This document shows, piece after piece, positions 48,813 to 58,615 of a DNA stretch of 64,000 nt. The notes beneath the pieces are model-generated. The model had not been told where the DNA came from and did no database searches. It saw only the letters and a program-made list of their open reading frames with translations. Position 1 is the stretch's first letter. The number at the start of each line of letters is the position of its first letter. Made by a program: the position numbers and the translations under genes. This DNA is from Myxococcota bacterium (GTDB taxonomy: Bacteria > Myxococcota_A > Polyangia > Nannocystales > Nannocystaceae), in contig JBCCHT010000006.1 in assembly GCA_039028615.1 (NCBI GenBank), positions 64,001 through 128,000 on the forward strand, given 5' to 3'.

Positions 48813-50009
48813 CTACTCGGTCGGGCAGGCATCGAGCACGTGCAGGCCGTCGTCGTCTTCGACGCTCGCGTAGAGCAGGCCATCGGAAAAGCGCAGCCAC
48901 ACCGGATCGTCGAAGGCATCGTTGGTCGTGTCGAGCTCGAGCACCGCCCCGGGGTCGCTGGCATCGAGCACCGCCAGGAAGGGCACCTGGGTCGAGACGG
49001 TGTCGCGCCCGGTCAGGAACACGGTGGACAGATCGGTATCGACCGCCCAGGCCCGCTCTCGCTCGTACAGGCCGATCTCGACCATCATCGCGGGGTTGGA
49101 GGCATCGACGATGCTGAGCCCATCCGCGTACGAGACGTAGACGATGGAGCCCTCGACGGCGAGGTGCGAGGAGCCGTTGCCGATGGACAGCGAGGACAGC
49201 TCGGCCAGCGCGCCCGGGTCGGAGATGTCGACGGCCGAGAGTCCGTGCCCGGTGGACGCCACGAAGGCGACGTCACCCGAGACCTCGACGCTCTCGGTCG
49301 CGCCCGGTAGGACCAAGTCGGTCGTCAGCGGCATGGGCATGGCCGGGTTGCTGACGTCATAGGAGAGCAGACCGTCGTTGTCGGCCACGAGCAGGGTCGA
49401 GCCGGCCACCGCCACGTCGCGGGCCTCGATGGTGTCGTCCTCGGCCAGCAGGTCCAGCGCGGTAGGGTCGGTGGCGTCGACGATGGCGTAGCCCGAGCCG
49501 CGCAGGCCCACGTAAACGGTCCCCGCGGCGTAGGCCACCCGGTGGGCCAGGGTGCCGCTGCCGAAATCGTACTGCCCGATCTGCATGGGCATGGAGGGGT
49601 CGCTGATGTCGATCGCCAGTACGCCGGCCGAAGTCGAGGCGAGGTAGAGCGTGGAGCCGTCGATGTCGAAACCTTCCGCGGCGCCCTGCTCGGGGACGAA
49701 CACGCCGAGCTCGCTGGGGGCAAGGCAGGGCCGCTCGCCGGTCGTGCCGTCGGAGCTGGTGTCGTCGACCGCCATCGTGTCGGACCCGGAGCCCGTGCTC
49801 TCGCTCGCGCCAGCCCCCGTGCCCGTGTCGCTCGACTCGGAGGCCGTGCTGGAGCCGCCCGTGGTGCCGGCCTCGGTCGTGCCCGGGCTCACCGATCCGG
49901 TCGACTCGGCCCCGGTGGTCTCGTTTTCGCTCGGGTCGGGGTCGAGCCCCGGGCATCCGGTGCTGGCCATCAGCGCGGTCAGGGCCACGGCGTGTCGCGT
50001 GATCTGCAT
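48813..50009 (-). CDS. LVIVD-repeat beta-propeller lipoprotein
   Basis: Lipobox STGC; repeats GVLAIDISDP, GLLSYDVSNP, GLSAVDISDP, GLSIVDASNP. Confidence 0.88.
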   Translation of the reverse strand: MQITRHAVALTALMASTGCPGLDPDPSENETTGAESTGSVSPGTTEAGTTGGSSTASESSDTGTGAGASESTGSGSDTMAVDDTSSDGTTGERPCLAPSELGVFVPEQGAAEGFDIDGSTLYLASTSAGVLAIDISDPSMPMQIGQYDFGSGTLAHRVAYAAGTVYVGLRGSGYAIVDATDPTALDLLAEDDTIEARDVAVAGSTLLVADNDGLLSYDVSNPAMPMPLTTDLVLPGATESVEVSGDVAFVASTGHGLSAVDISDPGALAELSSLSIGNGSSHLAVEGSIVYVSYADGLSIVDASNPAMMVEIGLYERERAWAVDTDLSTVFLTGRDTVSTQVPFLAVLDASDPGAVLELDTTNDAFDDPVWLRFSDGLLYASVEDDDGLHVLDACPTE

Positions 50010-50219
50010 GCACACCACGCTAGGGCTCGGACACCGCGATTCCATGGGCGCGGGCACGACTTAAGACCGAGGAAAGATCGGACCGTGGCGTCTCGAGAGC
50101 CAATGGGCGAAGCCCACCGCGCGTCGCGAAAGATCTTAAATGCGCCTTTCGTGGCGCCCAGGGCCGTACGAGGCCGTTGCGCATGGTCCGCGACTGCTAT
50201 GATGGCCTCGCCCCCGCCG

Positions 50220-51602
50220 ATGACCGTACCGCCCGACGACATCACGGAGACCTTCGACGCCCGTCCGAACGAAGCCCACCGCGCGTGGCAGGTGACGATC
50301 GTGGCGCATCCCGACCTGACCAAGGTGGGTCGCCAAGCCGAGGTCTCTACGGACGCTCCGGTCAGGCTCGGTCGCAACAGCGAGGCACTCGGTCCGGGGG
50401 TCTTGGATCACACGCACATCTCGCGAGACCACGCGCGCCTCGAGGTGAACGGCCGCGGGGAGCTGACCGTCATCGATCGGGGGAGCCGCAACGGCACCTT
50501 CGTGGGCGGGGCGCGGGTGGAAGGGCAACAGCTGCTGGGCTCGAGCCTGCTGTCGGTGGGGCGCATCGTGCTGTGGACGGAGCCCGCACGCCCTCCCGAG
50601 CCGGTCTCCGGTCGCGTACTCGACACCGCGACGGCTCTGGTCGACCGCGGCCGACCGGTGCACCTCATCGGCGAGTCGGGGGCGGGCAAGCGTTGGACCG
50701 CAGCCGCCCTGCACCACAGCCGCTGCCATGGCCCCCACGAGCGGGTCGAGGTCCAGCCCGACACGCCCCTGGCCCTCCCTCCGCCGCAGAGCCTGCGCAC
50801 GGGCTCGCTGGTGGTGTGTCGCCTCGATCGCGCCAACGATGCCCAGGCCAAGCAGTTGGTCGACCTGCTCGATGCCAGCGACGCGGATCGACCGGGCGTG
50901 CTGCTGTTCACCAGCCGCACCCCGCCGCCACCCCTGTCGAAGCCGGGCCCGTCGTTCACCACCCTGCGCGGCCGCTTGGCACCGTTCAGCGTGGAGCTGC
51001 CTCCGCTGCGCCTGCACGTGTCCCATGCCGCGCGCCTGCTCGCCCTGTTCATGCGGCGCTACGCGGGGCCCGAGGCTCAAGTCGATCCCGCCCTGGTGAT
51101 CCGCCTGCTGCAACACTCGTGGCCGGGCAACGTACGCGAGCTGGAGGCCATCGTGGAGCGAGCCGCCGTCGAGGCCCGAGCCACGGGGATCATCGGCTCG
51201 TTCCCCGAGCTCGATGCGATCTTGCAGGCACCCATCCAGCCCCGCCTCATCAGCACCCACGGGGAGACGATGAGCAGCGCCCCCTTCGTGGTCGCGCGGG
51301 ACGGGGCCTGGTTTCGTTGCCCCGACGGCACCACCCACGATCTCGCGTCGCGCAAGGTGCTGGCCCGGGTGCTCGCCAAGCTCATCGCCGCTCACGAAAA
51401 GCGCCCCGGGGACCGCGTCACCGTCAAAGAGCTGCTGGCCGCGGCGTGGCCCGACGAGCGATTGATGCCCAAGGCGGGCGCCAACCGGGTCTACGTGGCG
51501 CTCACGAACCTGCGCAAGCTCGGCCTCCGCGAGCTGGTGGCCCGCGGCGACGGTGGTTATTCCATCTCGCCCGACGCCCCGCTTCGCATCGACGACCGCT
51601 GA
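50220..51602 (+). CDS. FHA domain + degenerate sigma54-activator AAA+ domain + C-terminal winged-helix regulator
   Basis: FHA: LGR..ISRDHA..DRGSRNGTFV; Walker A GESGAGK; LPPLR; HSWPGNVRELE; C-terminal LLAAAWPDE..NRVYVALTNLRKLGL. Start 50199-50220. Confidence 0.82.
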   Translation: MTVPPDDITETFDARPNEAHRAWQVTIVAHPDLTKVGRQAEVSTDAPVRLGRNSEALGPGVLDHTHISRDHARLEVNGRGELTVIDRGSRNGTFVGGARVEGQQLLGSSLLSVGRIVLWTEPARPPEPVSGRVLDTATALVDRGRPVHLIGESGAGKRWTAAALHHSRCHGPHERVEVQPDTPLALPPPQSLRTGSLVVCRLDRANDAQAKQLVDLLDASDADRPGVLLFTSRTPPPPLSKPGPSFTTLRGRLAPFSVELPPLRLHVSHAARLLALFMRRYAGPEAQVDPALVIRLLQHSWPGNVRELEAIVERAAVEARATGIIGSFPELDAILQAPIQPRLISTHGETMSSAPFVVARDGAWFRCPDGTTHDLASRKVLARVLAKLIAAHEKRPGDRVTVKELLAAAWPDERLMPKAGANRVYVALTNLRKLGLRELVARGDGGYSISPDAPLRIDDR

Positions 51603-54154
51603 GCCACGGGAATCATCGCCATGACCTCGGCCGCACGCTCGCGATAGCCGGCTTCGTCGAGGGTCTCGGCGATGATCTCGAGAGCCTGAAGCCGCGGCGG
51701 CGTGTCGGGAGCGTGCACGAGGGGGAGCATCTCCAGCGCGCGCTCGAAGTCGGCGACGGCCAGCTCTTTGTGCCCGGTCCACATCCCCAGCTCGCCCGCG
51801 CTCAGCAGCGTGGCGAAGGTCCGTGGCGTGGGTGGATCGATGTCCCCGACCGCGGCCTTGGCCTGCTGGACCAGAGCATGAGCCTGTTCGTGTTCACCGA
51901 GGTCGAAGAGCATCCGAGCGCGATTGACCTCGTAGCTCCACGCCACCTGATCGCGCTCGCCGAATCGACGCATGCGCATCTGAGCCGCGAGGCCCAGGTG
52001 CTCGGCCGCCTTGCGCTCGTCGCCCTCACCGTAAGCGACATACGAAAGCAGTTCCTCGGCGCGGGCCAGCGAGGGATGGTCGGCCTCGAGCTGCAACCGC
52101 AGAACCCGACGACCTTCCTCCACGTGCTTGCGGGCGGCCACCATGTCGCCCATGGCGTCGTAGGTGGCCGACAGATCGAGGTGGTAGTCGGCCACCTCGG
52201 GGTGCATCGCACCGAAGAGCCGCTCGAGGCGGTTTTGGGCCAGGTGCAGCAGCTCGACCGCCTCGCGGGGGTCTCCGCGCTGGAACGCGAACGCGGCCAG
52301 GTTGTTCTCGATGGACGCCACCGCTCGATCGCGCAGGTAGGGCCGCTCGACCTCCTTGTCCCACAGCACCAGCGCGTCCTGGAGCGCCTGCACCCCCTCG
52401 GTGTTGCGACCGCGTGCATGGTGAATCGCCGCGAGGTTGGTCAGCAGGCCCGCCTCGAACCGGTGGTTGCCCCCCATGCGCTCGATCGCCGCCTTGGCCG
52501 AACGATAGCTGCGCTCGGCATCGTCGAGTTCACCGAGCTGGTGGTGCACCCACGTCAGCTCGATCCAGATCTCGGCGCTGCGTTTGTCGGACTGGAGCTC
52601 CTGGGCCGCCTCGGCCGCGCGCTGCAGCGTGACGACGGCATCGAGAGGCCGACCGCGGGTGTCCTGCACGGAAGCGAGGCGGAACAGAGCATAGACCCGC
52701 TGCTCGAGGTGGCCGGCCTCGTGCGCCAGCGCGACCGCTTCGGCGAGGCGCGACTCGGCCTCCTCGAAGCGCCCCTGCACCCTGTGACTCCAGCCCTCGG
52801 AAATCGCCGCGTCGATTTCCTCGTAGCGACGCGGGTCGTCGACCTTCAGCGGGTCCCCGTCGACCCGGGCGCAATCGGAGGCGCGGTCGAGCGACGCGAG
52901 AGCCTCGAGCCCGCGGCGGGCGGACTGCTCGGCCACATCGATCCACGCCAGATGCTGCCGTCGCACCCGAGCCAAGCATCGGCGCCGGGGATCGACCTGC
53001 TCGGCCATGGGCACGTCCTGCGCGCGGCAGGTCTTCTCGTAGGCCTGCGACCACTCGTCGACCCGCGCATCGAGGTCCTCCATGACCCCCCGGGCGCGCG
53101 TGCGACCGAGGTCTTCGGCCAGCTGCGCCTCGAGCCCGTTGCGCCGCGGCGCCGACCAAGCGTCCTGCATGATCGCCAGCCCCGGGCCGCACCGATCTTC
53201 GGGAGCCCCGATGAACCCCAGGGTCAACGCCACCGCCCCGACCGCACCAAACTTCGCCATGCGCCCCCACGAGCGGCCTTCCATGGCCACCAGGAGGGCT
53301 TCGAGGTCGGGCCAGCGATCTTGCGGGGCCGGAGCCATGCCTCGCTCGAGCACCCGCAGCATGCGTCGCGGCACCCCGGCCGTGTTGACCCCCTGCGGCC
53401 GCCGCTCGAGCTTGGCCTGGGCCAGCGCCCACACGCCCTTGGCCTCGAAGGGGCGCCGCCCGGTCAGCACTTCCCAGGCGGTCACACAGAACGCGAACTG
53501 GTCGGCGCGGGCGTCCACGCTCAGGCCGTCGTGCTGCTCGGGCGCCATATAGGCCGGCGTCCCCACCATCCAGGAGACACTCTCGTCCGCGGTCACCAAC
53601 GCGGTGCCGACCGCCAACCCGAAGTCGGTCACCCGCCCCACGCCGCGGGGGCTGACCAGGATGTTGGCCGGCTTCACGTCGCGATGAATCACCCCGGCCC
53701 GGTGCGCCGCGAGCAAGCCCTGGGCCGAGGTCCGCAGCACCTCCCAGCGCTCTTCGAGGGTTCGAGGCGAGCGCAACCAGTGGGCGAGCGACGGAGCATC
53801 GACCAGCTCCATCACCACGAACAGGCCGCCGTCGTGTTCGCCCACGTCGTACACGGGCACGACGCTCGGGTGGGACACGGTGGCCATCGCCCGCGCTTCG
53901 CGACGCACCCGACGACGGTCCTGGGCCCGGCCCGCTCGCGACGGGTGCAGCACCTTGATCGCGACGTTGCGACACAGCTGCTCGTCCCACGCCTCGTACA
54001 CGGTGCCCATGGCTCCCGCGCCGCGCTTGGTCCCGATGCGATAGCGACCGACGTGGCCGCCCGGCTGCGATTGCTGCGGCCAGATCGAATCCTCGCCCAG
54101 GGTCTCGGTGGGGACCCCGGTCAGGTGCTCGTCGAGGGTCCCTGCCGTGCTCAT
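51557..54154 (-). CDS. Ser/Thr protein kinase with TM helix and TPR repeats
   Basis: GAGAMGTV, VAIK, HRDVKPAN, DFG, GTPAYMAPE; TM FGAVGAVALTLGFI; TPR repeats. Confidence 0.93.
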   Translation of the reverse strand: MSTAGTLDEHLTGVPTETLGEDSIWPQQSQPGGHVGRYRIGTKRGAGAMGTVYEAWDEQLCRNVAIKVLHPSRAGRAQDRRRVRREARAMATVSHPSVVPVYDVGEHDGGLFVVMELVDAPSLAHWLRSPRTLEERWEVLRTSAQGLLAAHRAGVIHRDVKPANILVSPRGVGRVTDFGLAVGTALVTADESVSWMVGTPAYMAPEQHDGLSVDARADQFAFCVTAWEVLTGRRPFEAKGVWALAQAKLERRPQGVNTAGVPRRMLRVLERGMAPAPQDRWPDLEALLVAMEGRSWGRMAKFGAVGAVALTLGFIGAPEDRCGPGLAIMQDAWSAPRRNGLEAQLAEDLGRTRARGVMEDLDARVDEWSQAYEKTCRAQDVPMAEQVDPRRRCLARVRRQHLAWIDVAEQSARRGLEALASLDRASDCARVDGDPLKVDDPRRYEEIDAAISEGWSHRVQGRFEEAESRLAEAVALAHEAGHLEQRVYALFRLASVQDTRGRPLDAVVTLQRAAEAAQELQSDKRSAEIWIELTWVHHQLGELDDAERSYRSAKAAIERMGGNHRFEAGLLTNLAAIHHARGRNTEGVQALQDALVLWDKEVERPYLRDRAVASIENNLAAFAFQRGDPREAVELLHLAQNRLERLFGAMHPEVADYHLDLSATYDAMGDMVAARKHVEEGRRVLRLQLEADHPSLARAEELLSYVAYGEGDERKAAEHLGLAAQMRMRRFGERDQVAWSYEVNRARMLFDLGEHEQAHALVQQAKAAVGDIDPPTPRTFATLLSAGELGMWTGHKELAVADFERALEMLPLVHAPDTPPRLQALEIIAETLDEAGYRERAAEVMAMIPVAQRSSMRSGASGEME

Positions 54155-54338
54155 GCTCGCCCGATACGGCTCATGATGAGTTCCGATTCCGACTCAGTGT
54201 ACCGACGAGGTTGGCGATGAGACATGCCCTCGTGCCAACCGAATAGGCGCACTCTTGCTCGAATCGCCCCGCAGTGGCCACGGAACGATGTCGCGCCCCT
54301 AACCTGCCCATGGCCCGTCCCTTGCTTGTACGGGGGCA

Positions 54339-55556
54339 GTGCCCGGGCACGAATCTCCCCTGCGACTGTGGCCTACATTGTTCATCCTCGGTTGCGGCGC
54401 ACCTTCGCCCGCGATGCAGGTGAACTGGGTTCGATGGCTCTCGCACGAGCACATCACCGACACCGCGGTGGATCCCGCCGGGGCCATCGTCGTCGCGGGT
54501 CATAGCTTCGGAGACGAACGCGTGGAGGGTTCCCCTGGACTCTTCGTGCCGCGGCCGACGCTGACGCGCTTCGAGGCGGGAGGCGATCTGGCAACCCAGT
54601 GGGCCGGATTCGAGGGCCGTACGATCGCCGTCGCGGTGGACGGCCTCGGTCGAACCTACGCGATGCTGGAGCTGCCGAACGACGCCCCCGGGGAGTCCGC
54701 CGTCTTTCCGTGCGAGCTGCGAGCGTTCGACCTCGACGACCGCGTGCGCTGGACGAAGGCCTGGGAGACGACGCGATGCGTCTGGCCCATCCGCGTGAGC
54801 GATGGGGCGGTGGTCGTCCGCATCGACGACACGATCGAAGTGTTCGACCTCGACGGTGAGCCGCAGTGGCGACGCCCTGTGCCCGAGCGCAACCACGGTG
54901 CACCGCGGCTAGGCGCAGGCTCGATCTGGATCACCAATACCGCGTCGTCCTCGTTCGATGCGCCGCCTCGGGCCTGGCGCTACGCCCTGAACGATGGCCA
55001 CGAGACCGAGATCGCCCTCGATCGCTCACCGAACTTCTTCGACACATGGGTCGTCACCCCCGACGGGCTGCTCGGAGTGAGTGTGGAGGGCGTGCCTCCG
55101 CGGCTCTACGACGCAGAGCTGTTCTCGCTGGCGCCGAACGGCGAAGAGCGCTGGTCTCGACCGCTCACCGAGCTTCCGTTCTCCGACGCTCCCGGCCAGT
55201 GGCGAACCACCCACATCCACGTGTTCCATCGCGAGTCCGAGATCTGGTTGACGACCAACGAGGAGCAGATCCGCCACGACTCCGCCGACCCGATCCATCG
55301 GCGCATGCTCGTGCAACGCCGCGGGCCTCGGGGCGTACCGCTGAACACGATGCGCCGCAGCTTCGAGCCCGAGCCGTCGATGTTCTCGGAACACGTCGAA
55401 GGTGTGGCCAGTGTGCAGTGCCCTCGGCCGACTGCCGTGCCGTGGTACGGCTCGATCGCGCTGGGCCTGGACGGCCACCCCGACGGCTCGGTGTCGGTCT
55501 ACGGGCGCCAAGGCTGCCGAGACTCGTTCGTCCTATACCTGGACGTGCCGTCATGA
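54339..55556 (+). CDS. Hypothetical beta-propeller-like lipoprotein
   Basis: Lipobox ILGC; AVDPAGAIVVAG, FDLDGEPQW, LAPNGEERW motifs; stop overlaps the next ATG. Confidence 0.65.
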   Translation: MPGHESPLRLWPTLFILGCGAPSPAMQVNWVRWLSHEHITDTAVDPAGAIVVAGHSFGDERVEGSPGLFVPRPTLTRFEAGGDLATQWAGFEGRTIAVAVDGLGRTYAMLELPNDAPGESAVFPCELRAFDLDDRVRWTKAWETTRCVWPIRVSDGAVVVRIDDTIEVFDLDGEPQWRRPVPERNHGAPRLGAGSIWITNTASSSFDAPPRAWRYALNDGHETEIALDRSPNFFDTWVVTPDGLLGVSVEGVPPRLYDAELFSLAPNGEERWSRPLTELPFSDAPGQWRTTHIHVFHRESEIWLTTNEEQIRHDSADPIHRRMLVQRRGPRGVPLNTMRRSFEPEPSMFSEHVEGVASVQCPRPTAVPWYGSIALGLDGHPDGSVSVYGRQGCRDSFVLYLDVPS

Positions 55557-57031
55557 CGCCACGCCGCGCCTGGTTGTTTCCGCTCTGGCTCGGGGCGTGC
55601 GATCCACACGTCGCAGAACCCTGCCGAACCGAAGCCGATTGCAGTCGCGACGAGCACTGCCTCGTCGACCACGCCCGAGGCGAAGGCCGCTGCATCGCCA
55701 CTCCCGGCCGCACCGACCCGGCCCCCGCGATGCGTTGGCGCGCCACTCCCCCCCAGACCGACCTCGTGCTGGTCATCGACGACGGCCCGGACAGCGCCCC
55801 CCTGCAACGCCGCCTGCTCGCGAGTATCGACGCCATCATCGACCACGCGTCTCGCTTCGACGACGACCTACGCATCGCAGCCACGACCGCGAACATCGAA
55901 CGATCGCCCTGTGGCCCCGCCCCTGCGGCCAGCCGAGGCGTGCTCACCGGGCTCAGCTGCCTCGACCGCCTCGACGACTTCATCGGTGCCGACGGAACCG
56001 ACGCTCGCTCGCTGTGCACGGGCCACTGCGCGTGGACCAGCGAGCAGCTCGGGCTCTCGCCCCGACGCCCTTGGCTGGATCTCCGCGCCCTCCCCGAGGG
56101 CATCGAGCCGGATGAAGCCCTCGGGTGCCTGCTCCCCCAGGGGATCTCCGGCTGCCCCCTCGCCGCTCCGCTCGAGTCGATGCGACTGGCCATTGCTCGC
56201 TCCAACGCGGAAGAAGAGCTCTCCTTCGGGTTCTTTCGCAAGCCGGGCACGGGGGAGTTCGTGGTCGTCACCGATGACGTCGACTGCTCGTTGTCCTCCA
56301 TCAGCGCGCCCGCGTTCGACCCCGAGGGATTGCGTGCACTGTGGTCCGATCCCGATGCCGAGGAGCCGACCGCGGCCGTGTGCTTCAACGCCGGGGTCGA
56401 CTGCAGCGGCCTCGCCGATGGCTTCCGCGAGTGCCGAGCGGTCGATCGAGCCCTCGACGGCACCCTCACCGCCGACAACGACGCCTCCGTATTGAGCTTC
56501 CTGCACCACTACGTCGAGCTGTTCGATTTCAGCAACTACACCGTGCACGCGATCGTCGGGGTCCCGGAGGGCACACCGTGGACCCCCCCGTACTCGGCCG
56601 TCGGAGACCCCGAGCACCTCCTCGAGTACGGGATCGACCCCGGATGTACCGATGACGAGATCGTGGCGCGTCCGCCCGTGCGCTTGCGGGACGTTGCCTC
56701 AGAAATGGCCTCGGCCTGCGCCCCGAACTACGACGACACGTTCATCCGCGCCCTGTCGCGTGAACCCCTGTGCATCCCCAGCGCGCTCGCTCCCCGCGTG
56801 CAGGTGAGCCTCGAGCGCCCCGACGCCGCGCCATGGCCCGTGCCGGACTGCGAGGGTACGTGGCCGGGGATCGAGCTGCCCGACGGCGGGCTCGCCTGCA
56901 TGCGCTGGAACGACGACCCCCTGCGCTGCTCGAGCGTGTCGGAGACCATGCTCGAGCTGGTGCTCCTGGCTCGCGACCGTGAGGCACCGACCTTCCTCAT
57001 CGATCCGTCGCCGCTGTCTGCAGAGGGCTGA
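55553..57031 (+). CDS. Myxobacterial vWA-like Cys-rich lipoprotein (divergent paralog of 9544-10899)
   Basis: ATGA overlap; lipobox LGAC; TDLVLVIDD, LPQGISGC..PLESM, VVTDDVDCS, PTAAVCFNAGVDC, PPVRL. The track ORF (54866) is over-extended. Confidence 0.8.
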   Translation: MTPRRAWLFPLWLGACDPHVAEPCRTEADCSRDEHCLVDHARGEGRCIATPGRTDPAPAMRWRATPPQTDLVLVIDDGPDSAPLQRRLLASIDAIIDHASRFDDDLRIAATTANIERSPCGPAPAASRGVLTGLSCLDRLDDFIGADGTDARSLCTGHCAWTSEQLGLSPRRPWLDLRALPEGIEPDEALGCLLPQGISGCPLAAPLESMRLAIARSNAEEELSFGFFRKPGTGEFVVVTDDVDCSLSSISAPAFDPEGLRALWSDPDAEEPTAAVCFNAGVDCSGLADGFRECRAVDRALDGTLTADNDASVLSFLHHYVELFDFSNYTVHAIVGVPEGTPWTPPYSAVGDPEHLLEYGIDPGCTDDEIVARPPVRLRDVASEMASACAPNYDDTFIRALSREPLCIPSALAPRVQVSLERPDAAPWPVPDCEGTWPGIELPDGGLACMRWNDDPLRCSSVSETMLELVLLARDREAPTFLIDPSPLSAEG

Positions 57032-57044
57032 CGCTGCGCCGGCT

Positions 57045-58535
57045 TCAGCCCGCGACCTCGACCACTTCGACCACGTTCGGCGCGCGCCGAAAGGTCCGCG
57101 GATCGAGCGGGTCGACGGCGGGCCCCGCCGGAGCGCCGCCCGTCAGGTCGACCACGGTGGCGGTCATGGTGCACGGATCGTCGCGCCCTTCGAGCTCGCC
57201 CCACAGCACCCGGCCGTAGCCCGGACCCGCCGTCGGGGCGATGTGCGGCCCCGCGCCGATCGCCAGCCCCTCGCCATCGGGCGCCACCGCCAACGCGTAG
57301 GGCTCGAGGGGCTCACCGCCCGCGTCGAGCATGTCGTCGAGGCCTCCGATCGAGCCGCATACCTGCGGGCCCTCTCCGGCATCTTCGACGACGAGCACCC
57401 CTCGCTCACCGCCCGGATGATTGGAACCAGACGCCACGAGCCAATGGCGGGATTCGTCGTCGCCCCCAGGCAGTGCCACCACTTCGCCCAAGCGCCCTTC
57501 GCCACCGCCACCAAAGACAGCCGGCGCACTGACCTCGCAGGACTCGGGATCGAGCCGCCACAGCTTGGCCGTGGCCTGATGGTCGTTGACGGGAGGACCA
57601 TCGGCCACCATCAGCCCGCCGTCGTCGTCCGCCGCCAGATAGCGCACCCGACGACCAGGCGTGGCCCCCGGAATGGGGCAGATCCACCCCCCGACCTGCG
57701 ACGCCGCGTCGTCGGGGGCATGCGCGCTCAGGTCGGGGATGTCGACGACCGCGATCGCCTCGTTGCCGTCGCATGCCATCGCGAGCCGGTCCCCCGAAAG
57801 CTCCACCACCTGCGCCGTGCCGTTGCAGGCCTGACCGTCGAGATCGTCGAGGTCCACCACGCCGGGGGCCGCCTCGGGATCGGCCGGGTCCACGATGAGC
57901 AGCTTGCCCGGACGCGACCACGTCTCCTCGGGCGCGATGAGGCTGTTGTTGAAGGTGCCGATGACCAGCTTGTCGGCGACCGGGCGCACGAAGATGGGCT
58001 CGAGCTGGTCGAGGCTCAGCGCGTCGACGCCCGAGAAGGCTCCGGCGGCGAAGTACTCCGACTCGGGCACGAGCTGACCGGCAGGGCGGTCGGCAAACCA
58101 CTCCCGCGGGAAGGTGAGCAACGAACCCAGCTCGGGCGTGGGATAGTGCCCGGTCACTACATGCAGGCCCGCGGGCGTCAGCGCGAGACCGAAGGGCTCG
58201 TCGAGTCGCCCTTCACCGTTGTCACCCAGGCCGCACCCGGGGCACTCGTTGGGCACCAGATCGAGGCCGATGGCACCGCGATAGACCTCGCCGTCGGGGT
58301 CCCGGGGCGCAAAGATCTCGAGCCGGTCGTCGAGGGTCTGGCTGACCAGCACGAGCAGGCACGAGTCGTCGCCACAGCCCAGGATCTCGCCTTCGATGGC
58401 GGGCATCGGACCGGTCGGCCTGGGCGGGGGCTCCTCCTCGGGCAGCAGCGCCGGGTTGTCTGGCAAGCAGCCCAGCCCGATCGATGCGCCGGCCACCGCC
58501 ACGAGCAGTCGCCGGATTGCGTCATTGCGCCGCAC
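57045..58535 (-). CDS. Hypothetical beta-propeller lipoprotein
   Basis: Lipobox GLGC; LDEPFGLAL, PYALAVAPDGEGLAIG; scattered Cys pairs. Confidence 0.75.
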   Translation of the reverse strand: MRRNDAIRRLLVAVAGASIGLGCLPDNPALLPEEEPPPRPTGPMPAIEGEILGCGDDSCLLVLVSQTLDDRLEIFAPRDPDGEVYRGAIGLDLVPNECPGCGLGDNGEGRLDEPFGLALTPAGLHVVTGHYPTPELGSLLTFPREWFADRPAGQLVPESEYFAAGAFSGVDALSLDQLEPIFVRPVADKLVIGTFNNSLIAPEETWSRPGKLLIVDPADPEAAPGVVDLDDLDGQACNGTAQVVELSGDRLAMACDGNEAIAVVDIPDLSAHAPDDAASQVGGWICPIPGATPGRRVRYLAADDDGGLMVADGPPVNDHQATAKLWRLDPESCEVSAPAVFGGGGEGRLGEVVALPGGDDESRHWLVASGSNHPGGERGVLVVEDAGEGPQVCGSIGGLDDMLDAGGEPLEPYALAVAPDGEGLAIGAGPHIAPTAGPGYGRVLWGELEGRDDPCTMTATVVDLTGGAPAGPAVDPLDPRTFRRAPNVVEVVEVAG

Positions 58536-58615
58536 CCCAGGACGCTAGCAGTTCCGCCGCGGGGGACACCGGCTTCGGACCGGGGTGCGACCATCGGACG
58601 CATGCCCCCGCGAGG

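Noticed and set aside
50177..54220. 1347-aa plus-strand ORF and many other long overlapping ORFs (e.g. 38056-40287, 1169-3133, 45731-47470)
   Set aside because: These are antisense or off-frame shadows of well-supported genes. They are R/G/A/P-rich with no motifs, as expected in high-GC DNA with few stop codons.
54222..54260. Sigma54-like motifs (TGGCACG on minus; GGCGC..TTGC on plus) between the kinase and lipoprotein genes
   Set aside because: The GG-to-GC spacing does not fit the strict -24/-12 geometry.
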